DNA of 63,137 bases, the filler included, from Octopus bimaculoides (lineage: Eukaryota): the NCBI RefSeq assembly GCF_001194135.2. It is 4 parts of 4 records of this genome, joined end to end, with 100 filler letters (N's around TTAATTAATTAA, not from the genome) between each part and the next. Parts side by side here need not be neighbours in the genome. Positions count along the whole stretch, not along the records: positions 1 to 26,837 come from NC_068994.1; 3 more parts are not named here. One strand, given 5' to 3'. Both the position numbers and the translations under genes were made by a program. Shown piece after piece: positions 1-12,896 of this stretch. The notes under the pieces were generated by a model, which was given only the letters and a program-made list of their open reading frames with translations, was not told the origin of the DNA and searched no databases. How positions within the stretch are numbered: the first letter of the stretch is position 1; each line of letters starts with the position of its first letter.

Positions 1-26
1 AAAACAAACCATCAAAGTATACAACG

Positions 27-62
<36 letters not shown>

Positions 63-390
63 TGTATCTTTTTACTTGTTTCAGCCATTAGACTGTGGCC
101 ATGCTGGGGCACCATTTTGAAGAATTTTAGTCAAATGTATCAATCGCAATGCTTGTTTCCTTTAAGGTTGGCCCTTACTCTTTTGATTGCCGTTTGCCAA
201 ACTGCTAGGTTATGGCAACATAAACCACGCCAACACTGACTGTCAAACGGTGTGAGGAGGGGGGAAAATGCACACACACACACACAAACACACATATACA
301 CATATACACACGCTCAAACACATACACACATATACACACACACACATTGACATACAAGAAATACAAAAACAAATGTGTTCCATACGCAAA

Positions 391-555
391 CAACAAGAGA
401 AACAAATAGAAAACAGGACAAGTAACACAAAGAACGACCCTTCATCAGTTGTCGGCTGTCTATCTACTCCTCATTTCGAGCATTACACAGCTGACAACTG
501 ATGAAGGGTCGTTCTTTGTGTTACTTGTCCTGTTTTCTATTTGTTTCTCTTGTTG
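391..555. repeat. Long inverted repeat (69-bp arms, 27-nt loop)
   Basis: 391-459 is the reverse complement of 487-555 except for one G-U pair; weaker symmetry extends further out. Confidence 0.95.
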
Positions 556-655
556 CTTGCATTTTCAACTCATTTGTTTTCATATTTCATGTTGTTTAGT
601 GTTTGGTGACGTCCTGTACCCATATATGCATGTGTATGTATATATATATATATAT

Positions 656-695
<40 letters not shown>

Positions 696-818
696 CACAC
701 ACACACAGATAGATGGATGGATGGATGGATGGATGGATAGATAGAAAGATAGAAAGGTAGGTAGATAGATAGAAAGGTAGGCAGACAGACAGACAGGCAG
801 ACAGACAGACAGGCAGGC

Positions 819-849
<31 letters not shown>

Positions 850-914
850 TGGATAGCAAGGTAGGTAGGTAGATAGATAGATAGATGTTACTGCTATTAT
901 TATTATTATTATTA

Positions 915-995
915 TTATTTAGGTCACTGCCTGGAATCGAACTTGGAATCTTGGGGTTAGTAGCCTGCATTCTTAACCACGACGCCATACGCCTG
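915..995 (-). mobile_element. Monomeric tRNA-derived short SINE with (AAT)n tail; second copy at about 17675-17770 (+)
   Basis: TGGCGTCGTGGTTAAG...GGCTACTAACCCC...AGTTCGATTCC then an (AAT)n tail; A and B boxes present. Confidence 0.75.
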
Positions 996-2289
996 NNNNN
1001 NNNNNTAGTAGCCTGCATTCTTAACCACGACGCCATACGCCTGTAAATAATGTAAATAATGTACATAATTCCTCATCTCTTAAATATAGAACTGTATCAT
1101 GCATACATACATACAAACATACATACATAGGTACGCACATACATAAGTAAATACATACAAATACACATAAGGTAGTAAAGAGAGAGTCATGAAATACATA
1201 TTGGTCAAAATGGGATCGGAAAACCCTTAAACCCTAAAAATGTGACAGAAAATGTCAATTTCAGTGCATTTCTACAGAAACTATAACACGTGATCCAGAA
1301 ATGTGATTAAGGTTCTTTCCTGTAAGACAAAAAATATTATTGCCAAAATGTATGTGACATGGGCCCAGGCATGGCTGTGTGGTAAGAAGTTTGCTTCACA
1401 ACCATATGGTTCTGGGTTCAGTCCCATTGTGTGGCACCTTGGGCAAGTACCTTCTACAATAGGCTTGCGCCAACGAAAGCCTTGAGAGTGGATTTGGTAG
1501 ATGGAAACTGAAAGAATCCCATTGTATATTTGTGTGTGTATCCCCACCACCACCACCACCACTTGACAACAGATGTTGGTTTGTTTACATCCCTGTAAAT
1601 TAACAACTCAGCAAACAAAATGCCAACAGAATAAGCATTAGACTTAAAATATGAATATATTATCATCATCATCGTTTAACGTCCGCTTTCCATGCTAGCA
1701 TGGGTTGGACAATTTGACTGAGGACTGGTGAAACCAGAAGGCTGAACCAAGCTCCAATCTGATCTAGCAGAGTTTCTTCAGCTGGATGCCCTTCCTAACG
1801 CCAACCACTCCGAGAGTGTAGTGGGTGCTTTTACATGCCACTGGCACGAGGGCCATTCACACAGTACTAGCAACGGCCACGCTCAAAATGGTGTATTTTA
1901 CGTGCCACCTGCACAGGAGCCAGTACAGCGGCACTGGCAACGACCTCGCTCAAATGATTTTCTAAATGTGCCACCAGCACAAGTGCTAGAAGGCGACGCT
2001 GGTAACGATTATGCTCAAATGGTGCTATTTACGGGCCACTAGCACAGAAGCTAGGCAGCTACTCTGGCAATGAACACGCTCGGACTGCTGTTAGTGCTCC
2101 ACTGGTGCAGGTGCCAGTCATCGAGTATGGTTCAATTACGATTTCAATTTCACTTGCCCCAGAGTAAACAAGAGAGACAGAGACAGGCAGAAACAAGGAA
2201 AATGCCCCTTGTATTTGAATACTATGCAAATATTCTTTTAAAAGACTTTTCATTTAATTTTTCCAAAATTTAATTGTTTTCCATACTTA

Positions 2290-2325
2290 CAGTTGAAAAA
2301 GTCTCAATGGCTGAAACCGATACTG
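2290..2325 (+). ncRNA. Degenerate hammerhead motif
   Basis: CAG-TTGAAAA-AGTC-TCAAT-GGCT-GAAA-CCGA-TA-CTG; the topology is kept but the core is mutated. Confidence 0.35.
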
Positions 2326-2523
2326 AAATGTTTTTTATAAAATTATTTTAGCATTTTCTACCTTGACTTTTTTTTCCATATATATATATATCAACTCGTG
2401 TGTTCCTTTTCAACCTTCTACATATAACTTTACTATTAAGCTGTAATTAGCAGAACCATATGCACGCGCACCCATGGCGGTGGGCAACTATGTATACGAT
2501 TCTGATAATTGCTGCTACATTAC

Positions 2524-2589
2524 AAATCAGGCTGATGAGGAATAGACAAATGGTAAGAATTTGTTAAATCCGAAACCTGGTTCCTGTTT
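2524..2589 (+). ncRNA. Type I hammerhead ribozyme motif (Penelope-type minimal stem III)
   Basis: CAGG-CTGATGA-GGA...TCC-GAAA-CCTGG-TT-CCTG: intact core, stem I CAGG/CCTG, stem II GGA/TCC plus ACAAAT/ATTTGT, cleavage triplet GUU. Confidence 0.7.
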
Positions 2590-3502
2590 AATAATGATTT
2601 TTTTAGGTGATTTTGAATGTCTTGCCCGCTCACGTTTTTGGTATGCTGCTATATTTCATGTTGAGAACCTTTTAGGTCTTAATAGACACAAAATGTGATC
2701 TATTTCTAGCGCATTAATTGTCCACNNNNNNNNNNNNNNNNNNNNNNNNNNNNNNNNNNNNNNNNNNNNNNNNNNNNNNNNNNNNNNNNNNNNNNNNNNN
2801 NNNNNNNNNNNNNNNNNNNNNNNNNNNNNNNNNNNNNNNNNNNNNNNNNNNNNNNNNNNNNNNNNNNNNNNNNNNNNNNNNNNNNNNNNNNNNNNNNNNN
2901 NNNNNNNNNNNNNNNNNNNNNNNNNNNNNNNNNNNNNNNNNNNNNNNNNNNNNNNNNNNNNNNNNNNNNNNNNNNNNNNNNNNNNNNNNNNNNNNNNNNN
3001 NNNNNNNNNNNNNNNNNNNNNNNNNNNNNNNNNNNNNNNNNNNNNNNNNNNNNNNNNNNNTATATATATATATATATTCTACAATATATATCAACATAAC
3101 TGTTTTAACATCCACATTTCCACACTTACATGGGTCTCAGACATAATTCAATGAGGCAGATTTTCTTCAGGTGATAACTTCAGTAAGGTAATATTTCCTC
3201 TGGTCTGGATGTTTTTACAGACAACTGGAAATGAATGACCGCCACCTCACATGACTGACAATTGTGTACAACTGTCACGTGATGTCAAGATAAGGATATG
3301 CAAACACACGTGTACATATATATGTGATACCATCACCAGGTGTGGCTTTAGGCACAAGTGTGACTGTGTGGTATGAAGCATGCTTCTCAATCACATGGTT
3401 CTGGGTTCAGTTCCACTGCATGTCATTTTGGGCAAGTGTCTTCTACTATAGGCTTGGGCCAACGCCTTGTGAATGGATTTGGTTGACAGAAACGGAACTC
3501 AT

Positions 3503-3550
<48 letters not shown>

Positions 3551-4101
3551 NNNNNNNNNNTATATCATCATCATCATCGTTTAACGTCCGCCTTCCATTC
3601 TAGCATGGGTTGGACAATTTGACTGAGGACTGGCGAATCAGAAGGCTGTACCAGGCTCCAATCTGATTTGGCAGAGTTTCTACAGCTGGATGCCCTTCCT
3701 AACGCCAACCACTCGGAGAATGTAGTGGGTACTGACAATGGCCAAGCTCAAAATGGTGTTTCTTACGTGCCATCTGCACAGGAGCCAGTCCAGCGGCACT
3801 GGCAATGACCTCACACGAATGTTTTTTCACGTGCCACCGGCTTGACAACCGATGTTAGTGTGTCAGGCAAAATTGACCGATAGAATAAGTACTAGGCTTA
3901 AAAAGATAAGTTCTGGTGTCGATTTGTTCGACTAAAAAAAAAAACCCTTCAAGGCGATGCTCCAGCATGGCCGCAGTCAAATGACTGAAACAAGTAGATG
4001 ACTAGAAGAACATATTACACACCCGTTCTGATACATGTGTGTGTGTATATATATATATATATATGTATTTGTAGGTATATATGAGTATGTGCGCGCACGA
4101 T

Positions 4102-4185
<84 letters not shown>

Positions 4186-4499
4186 CTATCCGAATGTCGA
4201 ATGACGGAGGGAGGGGCCCTGAAAGAAGTTTTCTTGAGAAGACAAAAGCAAGATAAACGCTTGTTTCTGTTTGTAGTGGTGGCGGTGGTGGTGGTGGTGA
4301 TAATGATAGGGTAGCGGCGGAGGATTGGCAAGGCACAGAATTTGGCATCAAACTAAGCAGACACCATCGTCAGACGAGAAATGCAGAACAGACCCCCATC
4401 ACCCCTCTTCACCAATCTTCAGCCGAATCTTCACACGCTCTTCTCAGCCTGCTTTTGAAGATGGATAGTCTTCTGTCCCAACTGCTGCGATAGACTGAC

Positions 4500-5847
4500 A
4501 TTAAAGGAGACATGAGATGTGGGGCGAAGGAGGAGGGGATGAGAGAGAAAGAGTGAGAGAGAGAGAGAGAGAGAGAGAGGTTGTTGTGAGAGGTGGGGTG
4601 GGAGAGAGGCGGTCAGGGTGGTTGGGATGAGAATGAGATAGAGTGAGAGTAGTTGGTGATGAGTGAGAGAAAGATAGAGACATAGTGAGAGGGAGATATA
4701 AAGAGAAGGCGAAAGACGGCGAGAAAGTGGAGCGAAAAGGAATATACGGGTGAGATGAAAGATAGAGGGGAGGAGAAGAGATGGGAAGCGAAAATGGGAG
4801 GGCATGGAACGGAGATATAGATAGATATGTAGAGTGAGAGAAAGAGAAAGATGGGTGAAGATACACAGAGAGAAACAGATACATAGAGTGAGAGAGAGAG
4901 AGAACTGAGGGTTGTATATATCTATAGATAGGTTGAGAGATACAGAGTGAAAGAGAGATGTAGATAGATATATAGAGTGAGAGAGAGATATAGACAGATA
5001 GATAGATAGAAAGAGTTGGGAGAAAACAATGAGAGGTTCAGTAAAAGCAAGAGAGAGATAGTGAGACTACGTGCATGTGGGAGAGATGAAGATGGGTGTA
5101 CGCAATGTGTGTGTGTGTATGTGTGATGGCATGGGATTTGAGGTTGTATGTGAAAGACTCTAGTTGAACTTATGCATGTGTATGTAGGTGAGTGAATGAG
5201 AGAGATCACACAATAAGATGCTGTGTATGGGAGTAAGGATAAAGTGTGTGTGTGTGTGTGTGAGGAAAATACAATAGATAGTGTGTGTGTAAAAGGGCGA
5301 AGTTCTGGAGTTTTGAAGACTGGGAAATACAAAGAGTGTGAAGACCGAAAGAATATTCGAGACTGGTACAATGAAAGAGAGAGAGAGAGAGACGGACAAA
5401 TTAGAACTAATAAAGCGTGCATCTGTATTTGGATGTGGGACAAAAGAAGTTTATAGAGTATGATATATATATGTGTGTATATATAAAGTGCGTGGTAGAA
5501 AGAAGTAAAGTGAAGTGAGAGAAAGATGAAAACTGGAGGAGAAAGGGAGGGAGGGAGATAGAGGGAGAGAGGGGCAGAGAAAGAGAAGAGAGATATATGA
5601 AATGCATAGGACAGAGAGAGAGATGAAATGTGTAGAAAGCAGAGAGAACAGGCATATAGTAAAATGTCATTATTTGATATTATTATTTACTAAGTCGCTG
5701 CAACAGAATTGACGAGTTTTTTCCAAAGTAATGTAACAATAAGGAAATTTTCCAAAATAAAAACTGGGATACTTACAGGCACGGAATGGCGTAGCCTGGG
5801 TGAAGTCAGGCTATTTGTGTTATGGATTTATCTATACATACGTACAT

Positions 5848-5880
<33 letters not shown>

Positions 5881-6471
5881 AGTCTATTTATTTTGTGTGT
5901 GCGTGCGTGTGTATGTGTGTGTGTGTGTGATTGACGATGTAATTATGTTTACATAAGAATCTATGGTCCATGTGTATATTAGGCGTAGAGATCTACTCGA
6001 ACCTACGTATGTATGTATAGATGTATATTCATGCGTCGATCAAGCCTGTCAATATAACAGTGGAACAAACAAAAAAAAAAGAAAAGGCTGGCCTTGCTTT
6101 GGCTCGAAAGTTTTGAAGACGGCCCAGCAGTAGCCAAGAGTAAAAATCCCATCCAAAGAAGCACGACGATGGAAGAATAGTAGAATAATAAACTCTCCCC
6201 CGCCCCGTACATTACAACCACTACTCCTCTCTTTCTTTCTTTCTCTCTCTCTCTCTCTGTCTCTCTCTAACACACTTTCTCCTCCCTCTCACACTTTCTC
6301 CTCTCACTATCTACTCATACTTTTTCTCGTTTGTTTCTTTGTCTGTATTCTTTCTCTTTCTCTCTGTCTCTCACTTTCTTTCACTCTGTCTTTTAGTCTC
6401 ACACTTTCCCCTCCCTCGCACACATTCTTCTCTCTCAAACTTTCTCCCCTCTTTATCTCTCATACTTTCTC

Positions 6472-6507
<36 letters not shown>

Positions 6508-7035
6508 CACTTTCTCTCAGTCTTCTTAAATTTATCTCTTTATTCTTTCTCTCTCTCTTACACTTATACTTCTTCCTCTCTTTCTCGCATTCTAGTTCCC
6601 CGTTGCTTTCATGCATTCCTTCTCATTCTACCCTCTCTCTCTCTCGTTCTCGTTTTCACTGTCTATTTCACTCTCTATATCTCTATTCACACTTTCTCTT
6701 CCCCCCTTTATTTCTTTGTCTGTTCTCTCTCCTTCTCTCTGTCTTACACTCTGTGTCTCTCTTTCTTTTATGTCCCGTTCTTTAACAGAAAGAATTCCAC
6801 GTTTCTTTCCTTCTGAATCCTCTCCCACACCCTACCACCGCCACCGTCGTTCAGTTTTTCACTGACTATTCTACGCAACCACTCTCTCGCTCTTTTTTTC
6901 TTTCTCTTATCTATACCCTTTCTCTTCCTCTGCCCTTCTCGTTGTTTTTCCAAAATTTTCTTTCCTCTCTCTCTCTCTTATTATTTTCTGTGTATACACA
7001 TATATATTATGCATACACATTCATATATCTATGTA

Positions 7036-7072
<37 letters not shown>

Positions 7073-7700
7073 CAAGCAGATAGAAAGAGTGCATACATTC
7101 ATACATCTACATAGATATATAAAACATGGATGATACATTATGTGTGTGTGCGTGCGTGTCTGTGTGTGTGTGTGTGAATGTATGTATATATATATGTGTG
7201 TGTGTGTGCGTGTATATATATGTGTGTGCGTGTATATATATATTTGTGCGTGTATATATACACACACATATGCCTGATATATATATATATATGAGTGTGT
7301 GTGTATACATACGTAAAAGTTTCATCTACACACACATACATACTTACGTATGTAAAAATCTTGCGCTGTCTTTCTGATAGATTCTCTTGTCCCATCTACG
7401 TCATCCTTTCACATTCTTCTGGCTCTGATCTTTCTCACCCTTTTACTTTCTTTTCCTTCTCTTCCTTCAATCTTTTTCACACGCTGTCTGACACCCTTTG
7501 TCTACTCTTCTTTTTCAGTTTCCCTTTCTTTTGTTATTCTTCTTTCTTATTCATTTCCATTTCTCTCACATTCTGATCCATTTTCTTTCCAACATTTTTT
7601 TTCGTTTTATTTTCACACCTCTTTATATTCAACTCTCTCTCTCTCTCTCTCTCTTTCCCCTTTCTCTCTCTCTATCTTCTGCTTTCTATCTACACCTATG
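4500..7700. repeat. Large low-complexity block: GA-rich (4500-5640), CT-rich (6230-6980, 7400-7690) and TG/TA/GATA microsatellites
   Basis: Directly visible; it produces many spurious ORFs. Similar (CA)n, (TA)n, (GATA)n, (AAT)n, (CAT)n and (ACC)n tracts occur across the window. Confidence 0.9.
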
Positions 7701-7851
7701 TATATTTGTGTGTGTGTATGCCTATGTGAATGTATGTCTTAGTATGTACTTAGATTGTTTTAGCCAACACAGTTCTGTGCGCTATGTGTGTGTTTGTGTG
7801 CGTGCGTTTATGCGCGCATAAAAAAAGCGCACTCCGTACATGAAATAGAGT

Positions 7852-9380
7852 ATACAGGGTGCAAGGTGTTTTTGAGTACATGATAATGTCACTAATTATT
7901 ATTATTATCAGCATTACACACAAAAAAAATGAAGAGACGCACAGTCATTGTTGCCATATAAGCGGAACAGATTTAGCTTTAGATAGAAATTGCCAACCTT
8001 CTAAATGTTATAGGATCTTTTGTACACAGTCCGGGTGGAACTGGAAGTCTCAGGAGGGAATGTTTCAACAATAGCAAGGAGAAAAAAAAATCATAAACGT
8101 TCAGACACTTACAAGCAGGGCTGGGTTAAGACCCATTGAGGCCCTAAGCACTTAAGATTTCGGCACCTCCATAAAAGATTAAGTAATTCAAAATATAAAC
8201 AATAACAAACCATAAAATAAATTTTTATTTTTCAAAACGAAACAAAACAGTAAGAGGGAAAATAATGTTTATTTCTGTATACTTCCACTTTATTTATATT
8301 TGAAAAGTTTCCTCCTACTTTTTTGAATTGCAAAGTCTTTGATCAGATCCTCAAAATTAATCTTAGGTAACACGTCTGCTTCTATACTTAGTAGAGATAA
8401 AGGCATCCCGAATATTATTTTAGCAAGTTTAAAGTGATTTCTTTAGTGCCGTAAACCATTTACCATATTTGTGGTTCCCCCTCCGTCCCGTGATGCCTTA
8501 AGCACGTGTTTATTTTGCTTAATGGCTAATCTAACGCTCCTTACAAGGATGCTGCAATTCATCCAATAGATTCAAAATATTATCAACGATGATCCTAGAA
8601 AATCAGTGAAGGCCATCGTCAAAGATCTTAAGGTGACGGAGTAGACTACTAGATCTGTAGTGCACGAGGACATTCGATACGAGTCGTATGTACTGATGAG
8701 GGGTTGGCAAGTTCATATTGCAAAGACACAGAGGAAATGATTTGATCCATACACGAACGTTATATGATTCAGTTCTCTGAGGAGAGATGTCTCGACCAAG
8801 ACCAAAAGTTTAACGGAAGAAATGACAGATGGTTATGTGGAGATTCTTTTGGTGACCCCAGAATAGTGCACACGAAATTTCCAGCAAATGCGATGGTTTT
8901 AAGAGTTGTGAGTTACGAAGATCGTGTCATGCCACCACATCTCGTTTCACGGGGTCTTAGAATTAATGCTGAGGTGCTGGAGATAATTGTTAAGCTCTGA
9001 ATGAATGGAATACAACAGTGGCAGGCCGTACGTATTTCAACAAAACTCAGCGCCATCTCACTAAGCCTACGTAACCCAAGAATGGAACGCCAAACTTGTG
9101 GCCTCCAAACTCGCCAGATTTAAACCCCTTGGACTATTATGTCAGGAGTGTTGGTGAAAGGGAGAACTAGTCTACATCCTTCCCTGAAGACTGCCAATGT
9201 CCAAGTGATGTCCGAAATGAATAAGGTCCATTTAGTATAGGCAAGTCAACGATTTCGGCCCCGCATTGAAGCAGATATCGAATCTGAAAATGGATTCATG
9301 GAATAATCTTACACAAGAAAGCTTCTTGGGAATGCAGGCACACAATTCTTATTAAAATACATTTGGCTTTTTTTGTTAGA
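7852..9380 (+). mobile_element. Degenerate mariner-like (maT/DD37D-like) transposase remnant
   Basis: Fragments IQNIINDDPRKS, DQDQKFNGRNDRWLC...HTKFPANAMVLRVVS...VMPPH, GRPYVFQQNSAPSH and WPPNSPDLNPLDYY, with stops and frameshifts; boundaries approximate. Confidence 0.85.
8116..8539 (-). mobile_element. hAT-derived non-autonomous element nested in the mariner remnant
   Basis: 8-bp TSD CTTACAAG (8108-8115 and 8540-8547); CAGGGCTGGGTTAAG terminus; the minus strand encodes LSLLSIEADVLPKINFEDLIKDFAIQKSRRK, like a hAT dimerisation domain. Confidence 0.8.
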
Positions 9381-9492
9381 TTAGAGATGTTTCATTAAAT
9401 TACCAAATATGTCCTCAAAAACCTCTCGCACCCTGTACATTGGAAAACTGTCAGAGAATTCACTGACAGTTTTCCAGTGCAAACACAGACAT

Positions 9493-9537
<45 letters not shown>

Positions 9538-10521
9538 AGCATATACATATACATACATGTACACACACGCACACATACACATATATACGTGCGCATCTGC
9601 GCACAACCCACATGACATCAAATTAACAGAGTCGCTGAAGCGTTGGATAGAATACCTTACACCATTTCTTCTGGTTTTCCGTGCTCTGAGTTCAAATCCC
9701 GCCAAAGTCAACGCTGCCTTTCGTTATTTCGGGCTCGATAAATCAAGTAGTATCCATGAGTAGTGGACTGGCGAATTGTTTTTGAACATTGGACTAAATG
9801 ACTGGCGGTACCTATCTTAGGTTCTGAGTTCGAATTCCGCTGAGGTCGACTTTGCCTTTCATCCTTTCGGGGTCGATAAATTAAGTACCAGTTGCGCATT
9901 TGAGTATTTCGGGTCCTTTGCCACAAATACCTGCCACTGGGTAGCAAGACGTGCTAGAAATAGCAGCCAAATCTTTGGAGGTGAGATACGTCGAGTGCAC
10001 TCGAAAAAACCGATGTAGTAACATTTCAGGGACAACTTAATTCATAGTATTTTCCCATTATGCGCCAGTTTGGCTGAGTAACATTGCAAGCAAGCAAGAT
10101 TCAAGCTGACTTCTTTCAGTTTCCATGTACCAAATTCATTCACAAGACTATGGTCGGCACGAAGACACTTGCCCAAGGTGCCACGCAGTGGGACTGAACC
10201 CGGAAGCAAGCCTTTTACCACACAGCCACACCTCCGCCTATGTAGGTATGTATGTATGTATCAATCTATTTATCTCTCTATGTTATTTCTTTATTGCCCA
10301 CAAGGGGCTAAGCATAGAGGGGACAAACAAGGACAGACAAAGGGATTAAGTTGATTACATCGACCCCAGTGTGTAACTGGTACTTAGTTTATCGACCCCG
10401 AAAGGATGAAAGGTAAAGTCGACTTCGGCGGAATTTGAACTCAGAACGTAACGGCAGACGAAATAGCGCTAAGCATTTCGCCCGGCGTGCTAACGTTTCT
10501 GCCAGCTCGCTGCCTTCTATC

Positions 10522-10552
<31 letters not shown>

Positions 10553-10555
10553 CTA

Positions 10556-10614
<59 letters not shown>

Positions 10615-11060
10615 CGTGTTCTTTATCATTTAAATTCTTCCTCTGAAGAAGGTACTAGTTTCTAACAAAGAAATGTAGACAATGAAAACGCTGTCACATT
10701 TTAAACTTGAGAAACGTTTTGCAATGTTTACTGTTCCGCTTACAGATTCAATTTGTAGCGTACGGAAAACCCTAGCTTGTCCAGTTCCTCTTAGGCATTT
10801 ACTCACAAAGTTTACTGCACCAATTATTATTGGTATAAATGTGAATTAGTAATCCGGATATAGAAACTGGAGATTTTGAAGTAGTTATCCACAGTTATCC
10901 TCTTTCTCCTTGGTTTTCAAAGAGATATTCACATCAGCAGGACAGCTGATCTCTATGACAGTATATATTGCTTCTTGTTTTTTTCCCAAATAACAATATC
11001 CGGCCTGTTATGCCTACACTTGACAGATGTCTCGATGGGAATGTTCCATAGCTATTCTTT

Positions 11061-11990
11061 GTGTTGTTTGTGTACGCATTCAATAACAGGGGAAGTCTAT
11101 TTATTCCAGGCAAACGAATAATACTACGTAAGAGTCGGACAACAATTACGTTACAACATCTGGCAACGAGATGGCAAGGGTATAAAAGTGGTGACGAAAT
11201 ATTCGATGCTTGCGTCGGGCGTAAAATTTTTTTTTTTTTACATTAACATGGAAGATTTATTGGCTTGCGTGGTGCAGTTGCAACAGCAACAACAGCAGTT
11301 ACAACAACTACTACGATAGCAACAACAACAACACCAACAGTTACTGGAAGTAATGCCGAAGACGTCTGAAAATACTTCAGGTTCGTTCTCATTAGACGGC
11401 GTAACAAACTCAATTGGAGAATTTATTTATAACCCCGAAGAAGGTACTACTTTTTCTGCGTATTATAGAAGGTACGAAGAACCCTTCAAAGAAGAATGTA
11501 AAAATTGGGAAAATGGGAACACAAAACACATTTAAACCAGCTGAAAAATAGATATACGGAAAAAAGAAAAGAGATACCCATGGAAGTGTTGTACGACACT
11601 TTTGATGTTCCAACGCCACAAGAAATCGAACCTAGTCGTAGCAGCACAAGAAAGAGAAAACAGAATGGCTGAAAGTAGTGCCTAAACGGAAGAAATATTA
11701 AACTTCTCTAGGAGGAAAATCTCAAAAAAGGTGTGATGAATTAAATAAAAAAAAATAATATTAACTTCTAACGGAAGTCAATTTCAAAGGGGGAGATGTT
11801 GTAGTGAGAGCCATTTACACTCCTGGGGTATTGGAAGAATGGACTAGCCGAACTCTTATAAAGAGTAGCGTATTGGTTGAGACGAGAAGGTCGGTAAAAG
11901 TCGTCGCAAAGTACGTCGTATGAACACATTTATTTTACCTCCGCATCGTTAAATTGTATATATCCAACGTTAGGCAAGGATATAAAATCT
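11061..11990 (+). mobile_element. Internally deleted Ty3/gypsy-like LTR retrotransposon
   Basis: LTR end TTACAACA (11158), PBS TGGCAACGAGATGG (11161), gag-like MEDLLACVVQLQQQ...GEFIYNPEEGTTFSAYYRRYEE, PPT AAAGGGGGAGA (11786-11796), LTR start TGTTGTAG (11797). Outer limits approximate. Confidence 0.75.
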
Positions 11991-12359
11991 TCGAAGTTTC
12001 ATTCCCTGGTAAAACTCATGTATTTTAAACATTTTTTCATTATACTCTATCTGAGATATAAAAATTGTTCAGGCAGAGTTGCCTCCCTTAGTCAAAAACC
12101 TCAAAATTGTGCGACCCGATCTCGTTTTTGAGGTTATTTTTGTAGTAAAAAAAAGCGTTGTGCTAAAAACATACTTTATTTGGTAACCGAAAGATTACTG
12201 AACCTTTTGATACCTCATATACGTCAAAATCAGCAACTCAGTTTTCGAATCCATAAGGAACATACGCACGCACGCGCATACACATATCTATGTATGTATA
12301 TAGAATTTACTTTCTTTCATCAGCAAGCCTCTGTCTCTCCCCTTGTCTTCTTAACCGGT

Positions 12360-12860
12360 CTCCAATGGCTGCAATCATCAACAATGTTTTCCCACTTTCC
12401 AATGTTCGTATCAAGTCCCTTTTGCAGACATTTTTGAAACGGAGATGGAGTTATCTTTATGTTGGCTTGCCAGAGGCCATGTCACAATACAGAGGTCTTT
12501 TAGGATTCTTTCATGAAACATGCCGTGAACATGGCCAAGCCAACGGGTGTCGTTGTTACAGCAGAATGGAGTGATTAGGTATCCCCTCAATCTCCAGATC
12601 TTAATATTATTAAGCATTTGTGGTGCATCTTGGAGCGACAAGTTAGAAGTCGTTACCCTCTACCGTCGTGTCTGCGACAGCTGGAGCAGGATTTGCAGGA
12701 AGAATGACTCAAGATTCCTCTCAATGAAGTCAGGAAGTTGTATGAATCAATTCCTAGATACATCGAAGCCGTTCAGAAATCTAAAGGTGGACCAACCCCA
12801 TATCAAATAAATATTCGTTGAATTTAACACGTGTTCCAATTATTTTGTCCAAATCTTGTT
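12360..12860 (+). mobile_element. Tc1-family transposase 3' remnant with terminal inverted repeat
   Basis: PQSPDLNIIKHLWCILERQV...EE*LKIPLNEVRKLYESIPRYIEAVQKSKGGPTPY followed by TGTTCCAATTATTTTGTCCAAATCTTGT. Confidence 0.85.
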
Positions 12861-12864
12861 TATA

Positions 12865-12896
<32 letters not shown>

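Noticed and set aside
958-1043. Direct repeat of about 38 bp either side of a 10-N gap
   Set aside because: Typical contig-overlap artefact.
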